Origin: Bacilli bacterium
GTDB taxonomy: Bacteria > Bacillota_I > Bacilli_A > RFN20 > CAG-826
Direction of reading: 5' to 3'
Assembly: GCA_017442875.1 (NCBI GenBank)
Contig: JAFSPN010000030.1
Location: 1 to 52,049 of the forward strand
Length of the DNA: 52,049 bases
Position 1 is the stretch's first letter. Each line of letters opens with the position of its first letter. The position numbers were made by a program, and so were the translations under genes. This document shows positions 27,753-38,600 of this stretch, piece after piece. The notes beneath the pieces were generated by a model. The model had not been told where the DNA came from. It did no database searches and worked only from the letters and a program-made list of their open reading frames with translations.

Positions 27753-29006
27753 GTGAGCAAAAAAGATAAGAAGCATCCCCAAATAGAGACCACTCTTCCG
27801 ATTAAAAGAATATGGACCATATTTTATATAGTTATATTAATCATTGGTCTCATTAATAAGATTACTTATAAAGTTAAAATCAGAAAGCATGGTAAGTTAC
27901 CAAAACCACCATATATTTTGATATCTACACATGCTTCAATGCTTGATTTTTATATCGCTCTTTGTATCACTTTCCCACATAAGCCATATTGGATATCTAC
28001 AGTGGAAGAATTCATTCCTCGCTTCTTTATCTTTAGAAGAATTGGTGTCTTAGCGAAAAGAAAGTTCACTAATGACCCACAAGCGGCCTTAAAATACTTG
28101 GAAGTTCTCAAAAGAAAAAAGATCTTAATTATCTATCCAGAGGCTAGATATTCTTTTGATGGTGAAAACGAAAGAATCGATAAGAGTATTGGTCGATTTG
28201 CCAAACAGGCTAATGTCCCTGTGGTTATGATTAAAGGACACGGCCACTACTTATGGTGTCCGCAGTGGAGCGATCGTAAAGTTAGAAAGTTACGTCCAAT
28301 TCAAGATGATGTCTACACTATTGTCGATAGAAACGAATTAGATTATTTAAGTGCTGATGAAATCCAGGAAAGAATCGAAGATAACTATGATATGAGCGAA
28401 GAAAACTGGATGAAAGAGAATGAAATATTGAATAAATACCCTAACCGTGCAGTCGGTTTAGAAAGAATTTTATATAAATGTCCACACTGTGGTACCGAAT
28501 TTGAAATGTCTTCAGAAGGCGAGCATATAAAATGTAACCACTGTGGTGCGACTTATGAATATTTAGAAAACGGACAGCTTAAGTGTCTAAATAAAGAAAC
28601 AATCTTTGATTATCCAAGCAAATGGTATAAATGGGAAAAAGAACAAGTCAAAAAAGAAGTATTAGATGGTACATATCATTTTGAAGATGAAGTACGAGTT
28701 GAAAAACTACTAGGCGCGGGTATTGGTTTTGTTCCTCAAGAAGGCCACTACCACTTAACACACGACATCAAAGAAGGTATTACTATTAAAGGCACCGATA
28801 ATGACTTTAAATTCCATCGTTCATCATTACAAAGCTACGCTATCCATATTGAATATAATTACGAAGATAGAGGTGCATTCCTAGAATTAGCGGACTCTCA
28901 TGATACATATTTCATCTATCCATTAAATAAAGCTAGTCACTTAACTAAAATCCATTTCGCAGTGGAACATATTTACGATTACCTCAAAGAACAACTCAAG
29001 AAATAG
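27753..29006 (+). CDS. PlsC-like lysophospholipid acyltransferase with Zn-ribbon C-terminal region
   Basis: HASMLD (HxxxxD), YPEAR, CPHC...CNHC; start uncertain (27714 or GTG 27753). Confidence 0.82.
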   Translation: MSKKDKKHPQIETTLPIKRIWTIFYIVILIIGLINKITYKVKIRKHGKLPKPPYILISTHASMLDFYIALCITFPHKPYWISTVEEFIPRFFIFRRIGVLAKRKFTNDPQAALKYLEVLKRKKILIIYPEARYSFDGENERIDKSIGRFAKQANVPVVMIKGHGHYLWCPQWSDRKVRKLRPIQDDVYTIVDRNELDYLSADEIQERIEDNYDMSEENWMKENEILNKYPNRAVGLERILYKCPHCGTEFEMSSEGEHIKCNHCGATYEYLENGQLKCLNKETIFDYPSKWYKWEKEQVKKEVLDGTYHFEDEVRVEKLLGAGIGFVPQEGHYHLTHDIKEGITIKGTDNDFKFHRSSLQSYAIHIEYNYEDRGAFLELADSHDTYFIYPLNKASHLTKIHFAVEHIYDYLKEQLKK

Positions 29007-29060
29007 TCGTTATTTATAACTAGATATTTATATCTCTATGTGCAATACTTGATAAGTATT

Positions 29061-31013
29061 ATGAAAAAAGAAAACATCCCTCTTTATATTAAAGAAAGGT
29101 TTTCTTTGTTATCAAAAGCAGAGCAAAACTTAAAATCGATATTTGAAACGATACACGATCAAGATGATCGTATTTTTTGCGAATATATGGATGCATTCAC
29201 CATTAAGAATGTTCCATATGAATCTTTTAAAAGTTATATCAAGAAGACCGCTGCATATTTAAGAAACAATAAGATGTCATTTAATCATGACTATGTCGGT
29301 TTATTGATGGATAACTCTTTAAACTGGGTTTCTATGTTTTGGGCTATTCTTATGAATAACGGTAAACCCGTTTTACTAAATAAGAAATTACCATTATCCG
29401 TTAACGAAGAAATCGCTAAAACATTAAACATTCAATATGTCATTAGTGACATCCATGTCGAAGACTCTTTTAAGAAAGTCTTATATTTTGAAAACGTTAA
29501 TAAATTAGTTTCTGAAATAGAAGAGTTGGAAGAAGTATCTAACGAAGAGTGGGAAGATGAGATTGTTCTTAACACTACCGCTACAACACTTAATTACAAG
29601 ATATGCATCTATCAAGGAAAAGATATTTATAATGCGATTATGAACGCTAAATGCGTTCTAAAAAGAAGCAAGATGGTGAAAGAACATTATGAAGGTAGAT
29701 TAAAAGTCTTAGCCTTCTTACCTTTCTATCATATCTTTGGTCTTATGGCGGCTTATTTCTGGTTCTCCATCTTTGGCAGAACTTTTGTCTTCTTAAAAGA
29801 TTATTCTCCTGAAACAATACTTAGAACAGTCCAAAGACATAAAGTCACTCACGTTTTCGCTGTGCCACTACTTTGGAACACTATCGCTAAAGAACTAAAA
29901 AACAAGATTGCTAAACTACCAATCAAAGATCAAAAGAGGGCTAATAAAGGTCTTAAATTATCTTATAAACTACAAAATATCTTTCCAAATTATGGAAGAC
30001 GTGTCGCTAATAAGTTATTAAAAGAAATCCAAAGCCAGGTCTTTGGGGATTCAATTAAATTCTGCATTTCTGGAGGGGGATCTATACCAAAAGAAACACT
30101 CTATCTAATCAATGCGATTGGCTATCCTTTGTATAACGGTTATGGTTCCACTGAAATGGGTATCACTTCTGTCGAACTTAGAAGTAGACCTAAATACCGC
30201 GTTTTAGGCACTGTTGGTTTACCTTTAGATAGTGTTACATACCAAATCGATAATGATGAGTTGTTAATCAAAGGAACATCCACATGTTCCAAAATCATCT
30301 ATAAAGATGGTAAGGAAGAATTAGTTAATAAGGATGATTGGTATCATACCGGTGATAGTTTTAAAAAAGATAAACATGGTTATTACTACGCTTTAGGCAG
30401 AAATGACGATGTTTATGTTGGTGAAAACGGAGAAAAAATCAATCCTGATGAGATTGAAAATAAAGTTTTCTTAACAAGTGTAGTTCGTTATTCTTTCACC
30501 ACTTATAACGGGAAGCTATCATTGATTCTACAGTTATCAAAGCAAAACTACGCAATAAGAGCGAAGTCCATAATTAATGAAGTAAAAACGTGCTTTGAAT
30601 CATTAAAGAAACAAGGTTATCAAATTGAAAAAGTCTATTACACTCTTGATGATATCGCTAACAAAGAAGCAATTAAGGTATCAAGAAGGTATCTAGAAAG
30701 ACTTATAAAAGATAATAAAGTTGAGCTCAAAGACTTTTCAACCTTTACGAATCTTGTCGAAAGTAACAAAGAAAAGCTAGATGAGGAAATAATTAATCGT
30801 ATTAAGAAAGTATTTAGTGATATTCTTTGTAAGAACATAAACGAAATAGGTGATGATAGCGACTTCTTCTTAGAACTAGGAGGAACGAGCCTTGACTATA
30901 TGTCATTATTATTGAAACTAGAACAAGAATTTGAAACTGTCATTAATCTGAAAGAAAAGAGCTATTCCACAGTAAGGGAATTTTATAATTATTTAATCAA
31001 CAAGGAGAACTAA
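29061..31013 (+). CDS. Acyl-AMP-forming adenylation domain fused to a C-terminal acyl carrier domain
   Basis: FLPFYHIFG, GYGSTE, WYHTGD, GEKINPDEIE; carrier motif FFLELGGTSLD; degenerate P-loop NTTATT; start 29040 or 29061. Confidence 0.82.
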   Translation: MKKENIPLYIKERFSLLSKAEQNLKSIFETIHDQDDRIFCEYMDAFTIKNVPYESFKSYIKKTAAYLRNNKMSFNHDYVGLLMDNSLNWVSMFWAILMNNGKPVLLNKKLPLSVNEEIAKTLNIQYVISDIHVEDSFKKVLYFENVNKLVSEIEELEEVSNEEWEDEIVLNTTATTLNYKICIYQGKDIYNAIMNAKCVLKRSKMVKEHYEGRLKVLAFLPFYHIFGLMAAYFWFSIFGRTFVFLKDYSPETILRTVQRHKVTHVFAVPLLWNTIAKELKNKIAKLPIKDQKRANKGLKLSYKLQNIFPNYGRRVANKLLKEIQSQVFGDSIKFCISGGGSIPKETLYLINAIGYPLYNGYGSTEMGITSVELRSRPKYRVLGTVGLPLDSVTYQIDNDELLIKGTSTCSKIIYKDGKEELVNKDDWYHTGDSFKKDKHGYYYALGRNDDVYVGENGEKINPDEIENKVFLTSVVRYSFTTYNGKLSLILQLSKQNYAIRAKSIINEVKTCFESLKKQGYQIEKVYYTLDDIANKEAIKVSRRYLERLIKDNKVELKDFSTFTNLVESNKEKLDEEIINRIKKVFSDILCKNINEIGDDSDFFLELGGTSLDYMSLLLKLEQEFETVINLKEKSYSTVREFYNYLINKEN

Positions 31014-31016
31014 TTC

Positions 31017-32927
31017 ATGAAAAGGTTCAGAAATCTTAATAGCATAGGCAAAGAAATCCTATATGCGGCTTCTGGTTTTGGCGCAAACCTAATGATGATT
31101 ATCATGGGTGCCTATTTTACCGATGCAGTTAACCCAGCGGCTTTACTAGGTTCTAACGCTAGCGCTATATATCAAACAATCAATGGCGCTTGTCTAATTG
31201 TTCCAGCCCTTTTTGCCGTATTAGGCATTATTGGTAAAGTGTTTGATGGTTTAATTGATATTCCCTTTGCCTCTATTACCGATAACTTGAAAACTAAATG
31301 GGGTAGAAGAAGACTTCCTATCGCAATTTGCATTATTCCAATGATCGTTTCCTTCATTCTTTGTTGGATTCCAGTATTTGGCGATAACCAATTAGCCAAT
31401 ACTATTTGGATTTTTGCTTGGCAAATCATTTTCTTTGCTACATATACGATGAACTTAATTGCTTTCTATGGTAGTTTATCCACTGTTTGTGCCGATGAAA
31501 AACAAAGATTAAGAGTGTCTTCATTTAAGTCGTTTTTCGATACCATCTGCTATGTTTTGACATATGCTCTTGTACCAATTCTTTTAAAATCATTCTCTAT
31601 TCATATTGATAAATTTGTTTTAATTCTTTCTCCAATCATGCTCACTATGCTTATTCCATTATTCATGATTAAAGAAGGTGAAAAATGGGAAAAGAAAGCT
31701 CTTGCTGAAGGCTATGATATCACCCCATTAGCGGAAGAAAAACAAGTTGGTTTAGGCAAATCATTTGCCGGTACATTTAGAAACAAACCATTTATGGCTT
31801 GGACTATTGTTAACTGCTGTAGTTTCTTTGGCTTACAAATGTTCTTAGTGGCGATGAATGCTTTGATTTTGGGTGGTATGGGATTAGATTCGTTAGGCAT
31901 GACTATTTTAAATACATGCGCATTTGCTCCCGTTCCATTAATGCTTTACTTATTTAATAAATTAAAAGCGAGGAAAGGCATTAGATTTGCCTATCAAATC
32001 GCTTTATTATCTTTCGCTATTTCCATCATGTCGTTTTTAGTGGGTTCGCGTTTAGTAATGGGCGAAAACACCACTATTAAAATCGTTGTTGGTTGTATCG
32101 GTGGCATTACTGGTTCATTTGGTATTGGCGCTTTCTTTATGATGCCGTATATGATTCCAGCGCAAATCTCTTCCGTTGAAGAAAAATTAAAGAAAGAGAA
32201 TAAATCCGCGATGTATTTTGCCGTTCAAGCGTTCACCACTTCGGTCGTTGGTGCTCTTGCTAGTTATGGTGTTTACGAAGTTATTAAAAACTTCTTCTTT
32301 TCCACGAAAGCTAGTGGCTTAACATATGCGATTGGTGAATCTGCGGAAAGAACAGCTTATGTCGTGGCCGCAGAAAAATTAGGCGTTGATGCCGCGAATG
32401 TATATAATTTGGGAACAACGCTTGTGCCAATTGTCGTATGTGTAATGTGTATTGTTGGTTTTATCTTCTCTTTTAAAATGCTTAAAAACTATTCGCCAAA
32501 AGAAGTATCTTATGGCTTAGGTTTAGGCGAACAATATGAGGCTAATAGAAAGTTATTCCCAGAAGAAAAGAATTATGCCTTTGAAAGCAGCTCCTTAATC
32601 GTTTTGAACGCCTTATGGGTTTTAACCGGTTCAATTATGGGCTGGGTTTGGGAATATCAAATGGTAAGTGAAGTTAATACATTTGGTAAAAAGATTTCCA
32701 AATGGTTAGTTTTGCCGTGCGTTGTATTACCACCATTCCAAGCAATTCTTGTTTTCTTATTAAATAAAGAAGTGGAAAAGAAATGCGATGAACTCGGCAT
32801 TAAATATCAAAAGAATGGTATTCTAGCCTCTATCGCATCCTTCTTCTTGCTCTCTTGTGTTGGTTTATCTTTAGTGCAACACAAGTTAAATAAAATCGCC
32901 AAAGAATTAAATAAGTCTGATGAGTAA
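31017..32927 (+). CDS. MFS transporter (GPH/MelB-like) with C-terminal DUF4234-like extension
   Basis: FDGLIDIPFASITDNLKTKWGRRR GPH signature, 12 TM, extra ~120-aa tail with LTG..GWVW. Confidence 0.8.
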   Translation: MKRFRNLNSIGKEILYAASGFGANLMMIIMGAYFTDAVNPAALLGSNASAIYQTINGACLIVPALFAVLGIIGKVFDGLIDIPFASITDNLKTKWGRRRLPIAICIIPMIVSFILCWIPVFGDNQLANTIWIFAWQIIFFATYTMNLIAFYGSLSTVCADEKQRLRVSSFKSFFDTICYVLTYALVPILLKSFSIHIDKFVLILSPIMLTMLIPLFMIKEGEKWEKKALAEGYDITPLAEEKQVGLGKSFAGTFRNKPFMAWTIVNCCSFFGLQMFLVAMNALILGGMGLDSLGMTILNTCAFAPVPLMLYLFNKLKARKGIRFAYQIALLSFAISIMSFLVGSRLVMGENTTIKIVVGCIGGITGSFGIGAFFMMPYMIPAQISSVEEKLKKENKSAMYFAVQAFTTSVVGALASYGVYEVIKNFFFSTKASGLTYAIGESAERTAYVVAAEKLGVDAANVYNLGTTLVPIVVCVMCIVGFIFSFKMLKNYSPKEVSYGLGLGEQYEANRKLFPEEKNYAFESSSLIVLNALWVLTGSIMGWVWEYQMVSEVNTFGKKISKWLVLPCVVLPPFQAILVFLLNKEVEKKCDELGIKYQKNGILASIASFFLLSCVGLSLVQHKLNKIAKELNKSDE

Positions 32928-33573
32928 GATTTTTTCGTGGTTTGTAAAAATTACTGGCTACCCGCTGGAATTTTTCTTCTATCGTAAAAAGATCTATTAT
33001 GAAGATAAAAAACATACTAATAGGAACATCAAAGGCGCGGCGATGATTATCTCTAATCACACCGATATCTATGATTATCCGTTAATGATGTATGTCTTTC
33101 CTAAAAGAAACTTGCACTGTTTAGTGGCCGAAGTCACTTATGATAAGAACAAACCTTTAACGAATCTTCTTAAAGGATTAGGGGCGATACGTGTAGATAG
33201 AAACAACCATGACTTTTCTTTCATGGGCCAAACTTCAGAATTACTAAGAAAAAATAAAGTTGTTTTAATCTATCCCGAATCTAGACTACCTTTAGAAAAC
33301 GAAGTGGGCACTTTGCTTGAATTCAAACCAAGTTATATTTATTCCGCTTTAGAAACTGGGGCCCCTATTATTCCAATTTACACTAACGGGATATATGGAA
33401 AACTCAAAAAGAAATATAAAGACCGCGCTAGAGTCATCATAGGTAAAAAGATCTATGTTCAAGATCTATATGACTCAAATAAGAGCGAAAAAGAAAACAT
33501 CGAATACATCAATGGCTATGTCAAAAATAGAATTATTAAACTAAAAGAATTATTAAAAAAGGCCAAAAAATGA
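32920..33573 (+). CDS. plsC: 1-acyl-sn-glycerol-3-phosphate acyltransferase family protein
   Basis: SNHTDIYD, GAIRVDR, IYPESR, APIIPI. Confidence 0.8.
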   Translation: MSKIFSWFVKITGYPLEFFFYRKKIYYEDKKHTNRNIKGAAMIISNHTDIYDYPLMMYVFPKRNLHCLVAEVTYDKNKPLTNLLKGLGAIRVDRNNHDFSFMGQTSELLRKNKVVLIYPESRLPLENEVGTLLEFKPSYIYSALETGAPIIPIYTNGIYGKLKKKYKDRARVIIGKKIYVQDLYDSNKSEKENIEYINGYVKNRIIKLKELLKKAKK

Positions 33574-33599
33574 TGATTGGTACCCAGTTTCATAGACAC
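33574..33599 (+). mobile_element. Possible orphan IS3-family terminal inverted repeat
   Basis: TGATTGGTACCCAGTTTCATAGACAC has the TG...ACCC...AGACA pattern of IS3 ends; no transposase adjacent. Confidence 0.4.
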
Positions 33600-33625
33600 T
33601 AAACTTGTAAATGGATCAGTCAGCG

Positions 33626-33976
33626 TTAGATTAGATGTTTTGCGTAACTATCTGCAACTATGGCGTATGCTTTCTTTAAGTCTGCAATTTCTTCGTCCAA
33701 ATTAGCACCATCATCATTTCTTGTTGCTTCCGTAATTTTAGATGCTAATTCATATAGTGGTGTCAAAGCTAAATTGCCAGTTACTCCTTTGAATGCGTGA
33801 GCGCTAAAAAATAAATTACGATAATCTTTCTTTTCATAAAAGGAAAGTATTTCGTTAAAAGAATTGTTGCTCATAAATTTAGCAATCATTTTGATAATTA
33901 AATCATCGTTTATCATAACTGATAAAGCGCTTTCATAACTACCGTTTATCGTATGATAAAATTCTTTAACATTCAT
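33626..33976 (-). CDS. Hpt phosphotransfer protein
   Basis: AHAFKGVTGNL Hpt motif; start MNVKEF at 33976. Confidence 0.88.
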   Translation of the reverse strand: MNVKEFYHTINGSYESALSVMINDDLIIKMIAKFMSNNSFNEILSFYEKKDYRNLFFSAHAFKGVTGNLALTPLYELASKITEATRNDDGANLDEEIADLKKAYAIVADSYAKHLI

Positions 33977-33977
33977 T

Positions 33978-35672
33978 TTAAAACAGTTCCTCTTTGATCT
34001 TTTTTTCAAATTCATCAAGGGCTAATGGCTTAGAAAAATAATAGCCTTGAATAATATCGCATCCACTGTTCTTCAAAAAGAGGTATTGCTCTTCGTTTTC
34101 CACCCCTTCCGCGACTGTTAGGGCATTCATCGTCTTAGATAAATCAATAATCATTTTGATAATATCTTTAACTTTCGGGTTTTTATCCATGGAGCGTATA
34201 AACTGCATATCTATTTTTAAAACATCAAACGGTAAATCAGCCAGCGCAGCAAAAGAAGAATAGCCACTGCCGAAGTCATCAATTTCTATTTTAAAGCCAC
34301 GTTCTCTTATTTGCTTGATGATAGGGACAACTATTTTAGCGTTTTCCACAAAAGCGGATTCTGTTATCTCTAGCATGTATTTATCACGAGGAATAATGTT
34401 TTCTTCAACGAAACGGATAATATCGTCCACTAAATTCGGTCTAAAAACATCGACGCGAGATAGATTAATAGATAATGGGACATATAAACCATATTTTTGT
34501 TTCCAAACATTCATGTATTGCGCCGCTTTTTGCAAAATGAACATGTCCAATTTACTAATCAAACCATTTTTTTCAAATAAGCTAATAAACTCTCCTGGAG
34601 AAACGAAACCAAATTTTGGACTAACCCATCTAATCAAGACTTCAGCACTGCTAAAGACCGGTTTATCGCCCTGAACATTATATTTTGGTTGGAAATATAA
34701 TTGGAACTCTTCATCTAATAAAGCTTGAGGGAAAGCGTTAACCAATTCTTCTTCGTGAAGGGTAGTAGCTTGTTTATCTTGATCGTATATAGCGATATTC
34801 TGGTTATAATCATTGGTTAAAGTGTCAGCGGTAGCTTTACTTCTACCAATCGCTATTTCTTTATCCAAAGATGAATCAACAAAAGGATAAACACCGATGC
34901 TAAAAGAAATATTTATGCCTTGCTCCACTTTGTTGATTGCTTCGCGAATTTTATAAGAGAGAGTATCGTAATCATCATGATGCTCGCAATAAATTAAAAA
35001 GGCATTGCTCTCATATTTTCCGATAAGCCCATTACAATTACTAATGCATTCCTTTAATTGATTTGCAACGCTTAAAAGAATAGCGTCACCGATGCTTTTT
35101 CCATATAACTCATTAATCAAACGAAACCTGTTGATGGAAATGGCCAACATATCTTTCTTGACATCGGGGAAAGTAACATCAAATTGTTGCGCGTATTTTT
35201 TAAAGAAATCAATGTTATATAAATCGGTTAAAGAGTCCTTTTCCACTTCTTTGAGAATGGACCTATCTTCATATAATTCAATCATTCGTTTAATTCGCGC
35301 GATAATAATATCTTTATTTTCATAAGGCTTTTTGATAAAGTCATTTGCCCCAAGAAGGAAACACTCTTTTTCAATATTTTTATCGCTTGTACAAACGATA
35401 AAAGGAATGCTTTTTAAAAAGGGGATAGTTTGTCTTGTTTTCAAAACTTCACGACCATCCATTGGCATAAATACATCTAATAAAACTAAATCAATTTTTT
35501 GTTCTTTCTTTAAAAGAATATCCAACGCTACTTTACCGTCATCCGCTTTTAAAACATTAAAATCGTCACCTAATATGGATGCCATGATGTCTAAATTAAT
35601 ATCTTCATCATCCACTGCTAGAATTGTTTTTTTAATATGGAAGAGGCTGTTCTTTTTATTTTCTTTGTTCAT
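33978..35672 (-). CDS. REC - degenerate GGDEF - EAL c-di-GMP phosphodiesterase response regulator
   Basis: VDD...LLDVFMP...KP receiver; GGDEF replaced by ESNAF; EVLIRW, LEITE, DDFGSGYSS, EGVE, QGYYFSKP. Confidence 0.9.
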   Translation of the reverse strand: MNKENKKNSLFHIKKTILAVDDEDINLDIMASILGDDFNVLKADDGKVALDILLKKEQKIDLVLLDVFMPMDGREVLKTRQTIPFLKSIPFIVCTSDKNIEKECFLLGANDFIKKPYENKDIIIARIKRMIELYEDRSILKEVEKDSLTDLYNIDFFKKYAQQFDVTFPDVKKDMLAISINRFRLINELYGKSIGDAILLSVANQLKECISNCNGLIGKYESNAFLIYCEHHDDYDTLSYKIREAINKVEQGINISFSIGVYPFVDSSLDKEIAIGRSKATADTLTNDYNQNIAIYDQDKQATTLHEEELVNAFPQALLDEEFQLYFQPKYNVQGDKPVFSSAEVLIRWVSPKFGFVSPGEFISLFEKNGLISKLDMFILQKAAQYMNVWKQKYGLYVPLSINLSRVDVFRPNLVDDIIRFVEENIIPRDKYMLEITESAFVENAKIVVPIIKQIRERGFKIEIDDFGSGYSSFAALADLPFDVLKIDMQFIRSMDKNPKVKDIIKMIIDLSKTMNALTVAEGVENEEQYLFLKNSGCDIIQGYYFSKPLALDEFEKKIKEELF

Positions 35673-35685
35673 AATGATTCACCTA

Positions 35686-38600
35686 TTATTTAATCAGACG
35701 CTTAAGTGTCTCGAATAATAATTTTGTTTGAATTGGTTTGGTTAGATGGGCATCTAAACCGGCTTGCAAGCTTCTTTGAACGTCTTCGTCAAAAGCGTTA
35801 GCGGTAAGCGCAATGATTGGTAGTTTAGCATCTTTTCTATTTGTTTTTCTAATTATTCTAGTCGCTTCTAGACCATCCATTTCAGGCATTCTTACGTCCA
35901 TCAAAATAGCGGAATAATAGCCTTCTTCGCTATTGATAAATTTTTCGACAGCAATCTTGCCATTTTCTGCTAAGTCGACAACAATGCCTTTATCTTCTAA
36001 GATGGTTTGCATAATTTCAGCGTTTATTTCAATGTCTTCAGCCACTAAAATGTGTTTACCTTGTAAGTCAATAGTTGTTTCTTTGCTGACTCTGATACCT
36101 TTCCTAATAAGGGCGTTTTTAAACTCCTCAATAACACTACTAGCAAATAGTGGCTTAGCAATAAAGCTATCAACGCCTGCTTTAACAGCATCGTCTAAAA
36201 CTTCATCCCACTTGTAAGCAGTTAAGATAATAATCGCGGATTCATTACCAATAACGCTTCTAATGGCTTTAGTGGTTTCAACCCCGTCCATCTCAGGCAT
36301 TTTCCAGTCGACAAGAATGAGATTGTATGGGGTTTGTCGAGCGTGATGGAGCTTAACTTTTTCAATGGCTTCTAATCCGGAATTAGCAAGTTCAACACTA
36401 ACGCCAATTTCCGATAATGCCAGTTTTGCGTGCTCTAAAGCCACTTGATCATCATCCACAATTAAGACTGATAAATTATTAACATCAACATCCTCATCAT
36501 GAGATTGATTGCTATCTGATTTTTTCAAGGTAATGACAACTGTGAAAGTAGAGCCTTTGTTCTTTTCACTTTCCACTACGATTGTTCCATTCATCATTTC
36601 AACAATATTTTTAGTGATGGCTAAGCCTAATCCAGAAGAGCCGAATTTGTTTGCCACAGAAGCGTTTTCTTGGCTGAAAGAATCAAAGATTTTCGGTAAG
36701 AATTCTTTGCTCATACCAATGCCAGTGTCTTTAACAACAAACTGTAGAGCCGCTTTATCTTCAAATTCCGCTTTTTTAGAAACTATAAAGCTAATTTTTC
36801 CACCTCTATTTGTAAACTTGACAGCGTTACCTAAAATATTGATTAAAATTTGTCTTAATCTCATATTGTCACCAATATAGAAATCATCGATTAGACCTTC
36901 GATTTGACAGCTATATTCTAGGCCGTTAATTTGGCATTGTTCGCTGAACATTGAGTTGATATATTCCAATAATTTAGAGAAGGAAAACTCTTCGTTTTTT
37001 AAAACCATTCTTCCTGATTCAATTCTAGACATATCCAATATGTCATTGATTAAATTAAGCAAATGTTCCGCTGAGGCACCAATTTTAGTTAAATAATCTC
37101 TTGTTTTTAGTGAGATAGAAGCGTCATTTAAAGCGATATTATTTAAACCAATAATCGCATTCATTGGTGTTCTGATTTCATGAGACATATTAGACAAGAA
37201 AATCGTCTTTGCTTTATTGGCTTGTTCAGCGGAAGCTAAAGCATCACTAAGCATTTCTTTCTGAGCAATTGAAGTTCTTGTTTCTTCATCGATATTGCTA
37301 AAGCATGCGCCAACAGCGTGAACAATATGGTCATCACGGTCTTCAGGGTGACGAACACCAGCAAATCTAATCATTTCATAAGTTTCTCGATCATGACGAG
37401 ATACGACATATCTAAACGAGATAACATAGTTATTTTTTAAGCCATTTTTAATATTTTCGGGTTGAATAAATTTAATAAATTCTTCGCGATATTTTTCGAT
37501 GACATATTTATTAGCGTAGTCATTAAAAGTTTTTAAATAATCAAACTTTTCTCCCACTTTTAATCTTTCATCTAAATCAGCGTGTTCTTGATAACAAACA
37601 CCACTATTTTTATCTAGTTCAATATAATAAACACTCCAATAGTCACTTGATAAAGCAGTAATAAGTTTTGATTGTTGACCTTTTTCTTTATCTTGTTCAA
37701 GTAATTGTTCTTGCAAAGATAATCTTTGTTCTAATTCGTTTTGTTTAACCGCAATTGTTTCATTTTCTAAGCGCATTTTAGCGTTCTTATTCAATTGACG
37801 AATAATGAAAATGAACATCATAATCAAAACTATTGTAGTTACAATAGAAACAATTAAACTATTGATCAAAATCACAGTAGATGTGGAATTGATTAAGTTA
37901 CCGACTCGTTCATCACGAATCAAATATGTCAAAATCCAATTCGTCCCTTCAATGGGCGAATAGGCTAATGTTTCACCGATGTTATTAAACGTAAAAGAGA
38001 CGATGCCGTTTTTTCCGCTATGAAAATCATCATAAATCGAAGCATAAGAATAACCTTGTCCGTATTTAGCGGTTTTTAAAGCATCAAACAGGTTTTTATC
38101 AGATGATAGCCCGCCTAGAACAGTATCGGTTAAAGCGACACCATCACTAGTGTAAATGTTGCAGAAAGTCATTGCTTTTTCAGGATTATCAGATGTAACA
38201 GAGACACCTCTCAACATTTCATCCATATTGATTTCCATAAAGCAAACCGTTAGATGGTTGGAACCAAACATCTTACTAGTTGGAGATGCTATGACCACTT
38301 TCTTTTCAGAAGAAGTAATGTTAAAAATCGATACTTGAACATCTGTTAAGGTGTGATCAAATTGGTATTCCGAAATATTGCTCTGCTGGCCCTGAGATGT
38401 ATAAATGGTGTCCGCTTCATCCACGAAAGCAAATTTTTCTAATGTATATAATGTTTTGATGCGCCTCTGGTATTCTTGAAAATTTTCAAGACTAGACAAA
38501 TCTTCATCACTCATGATGCTTAGCGCGGTTTCTAGATTTTCTTTCCGATCATTTAAGTTGTTAATGACAACTTCTCCACGTCTTGAAACTAGTTCTGTCA

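Noticed and set aside
29040-31013. NRPS module (A-T)
   Set aside because: No condensation or thioesterase domains; motifs and neighbours fit fatty-acyl adenylation rather than amino-acid activation.
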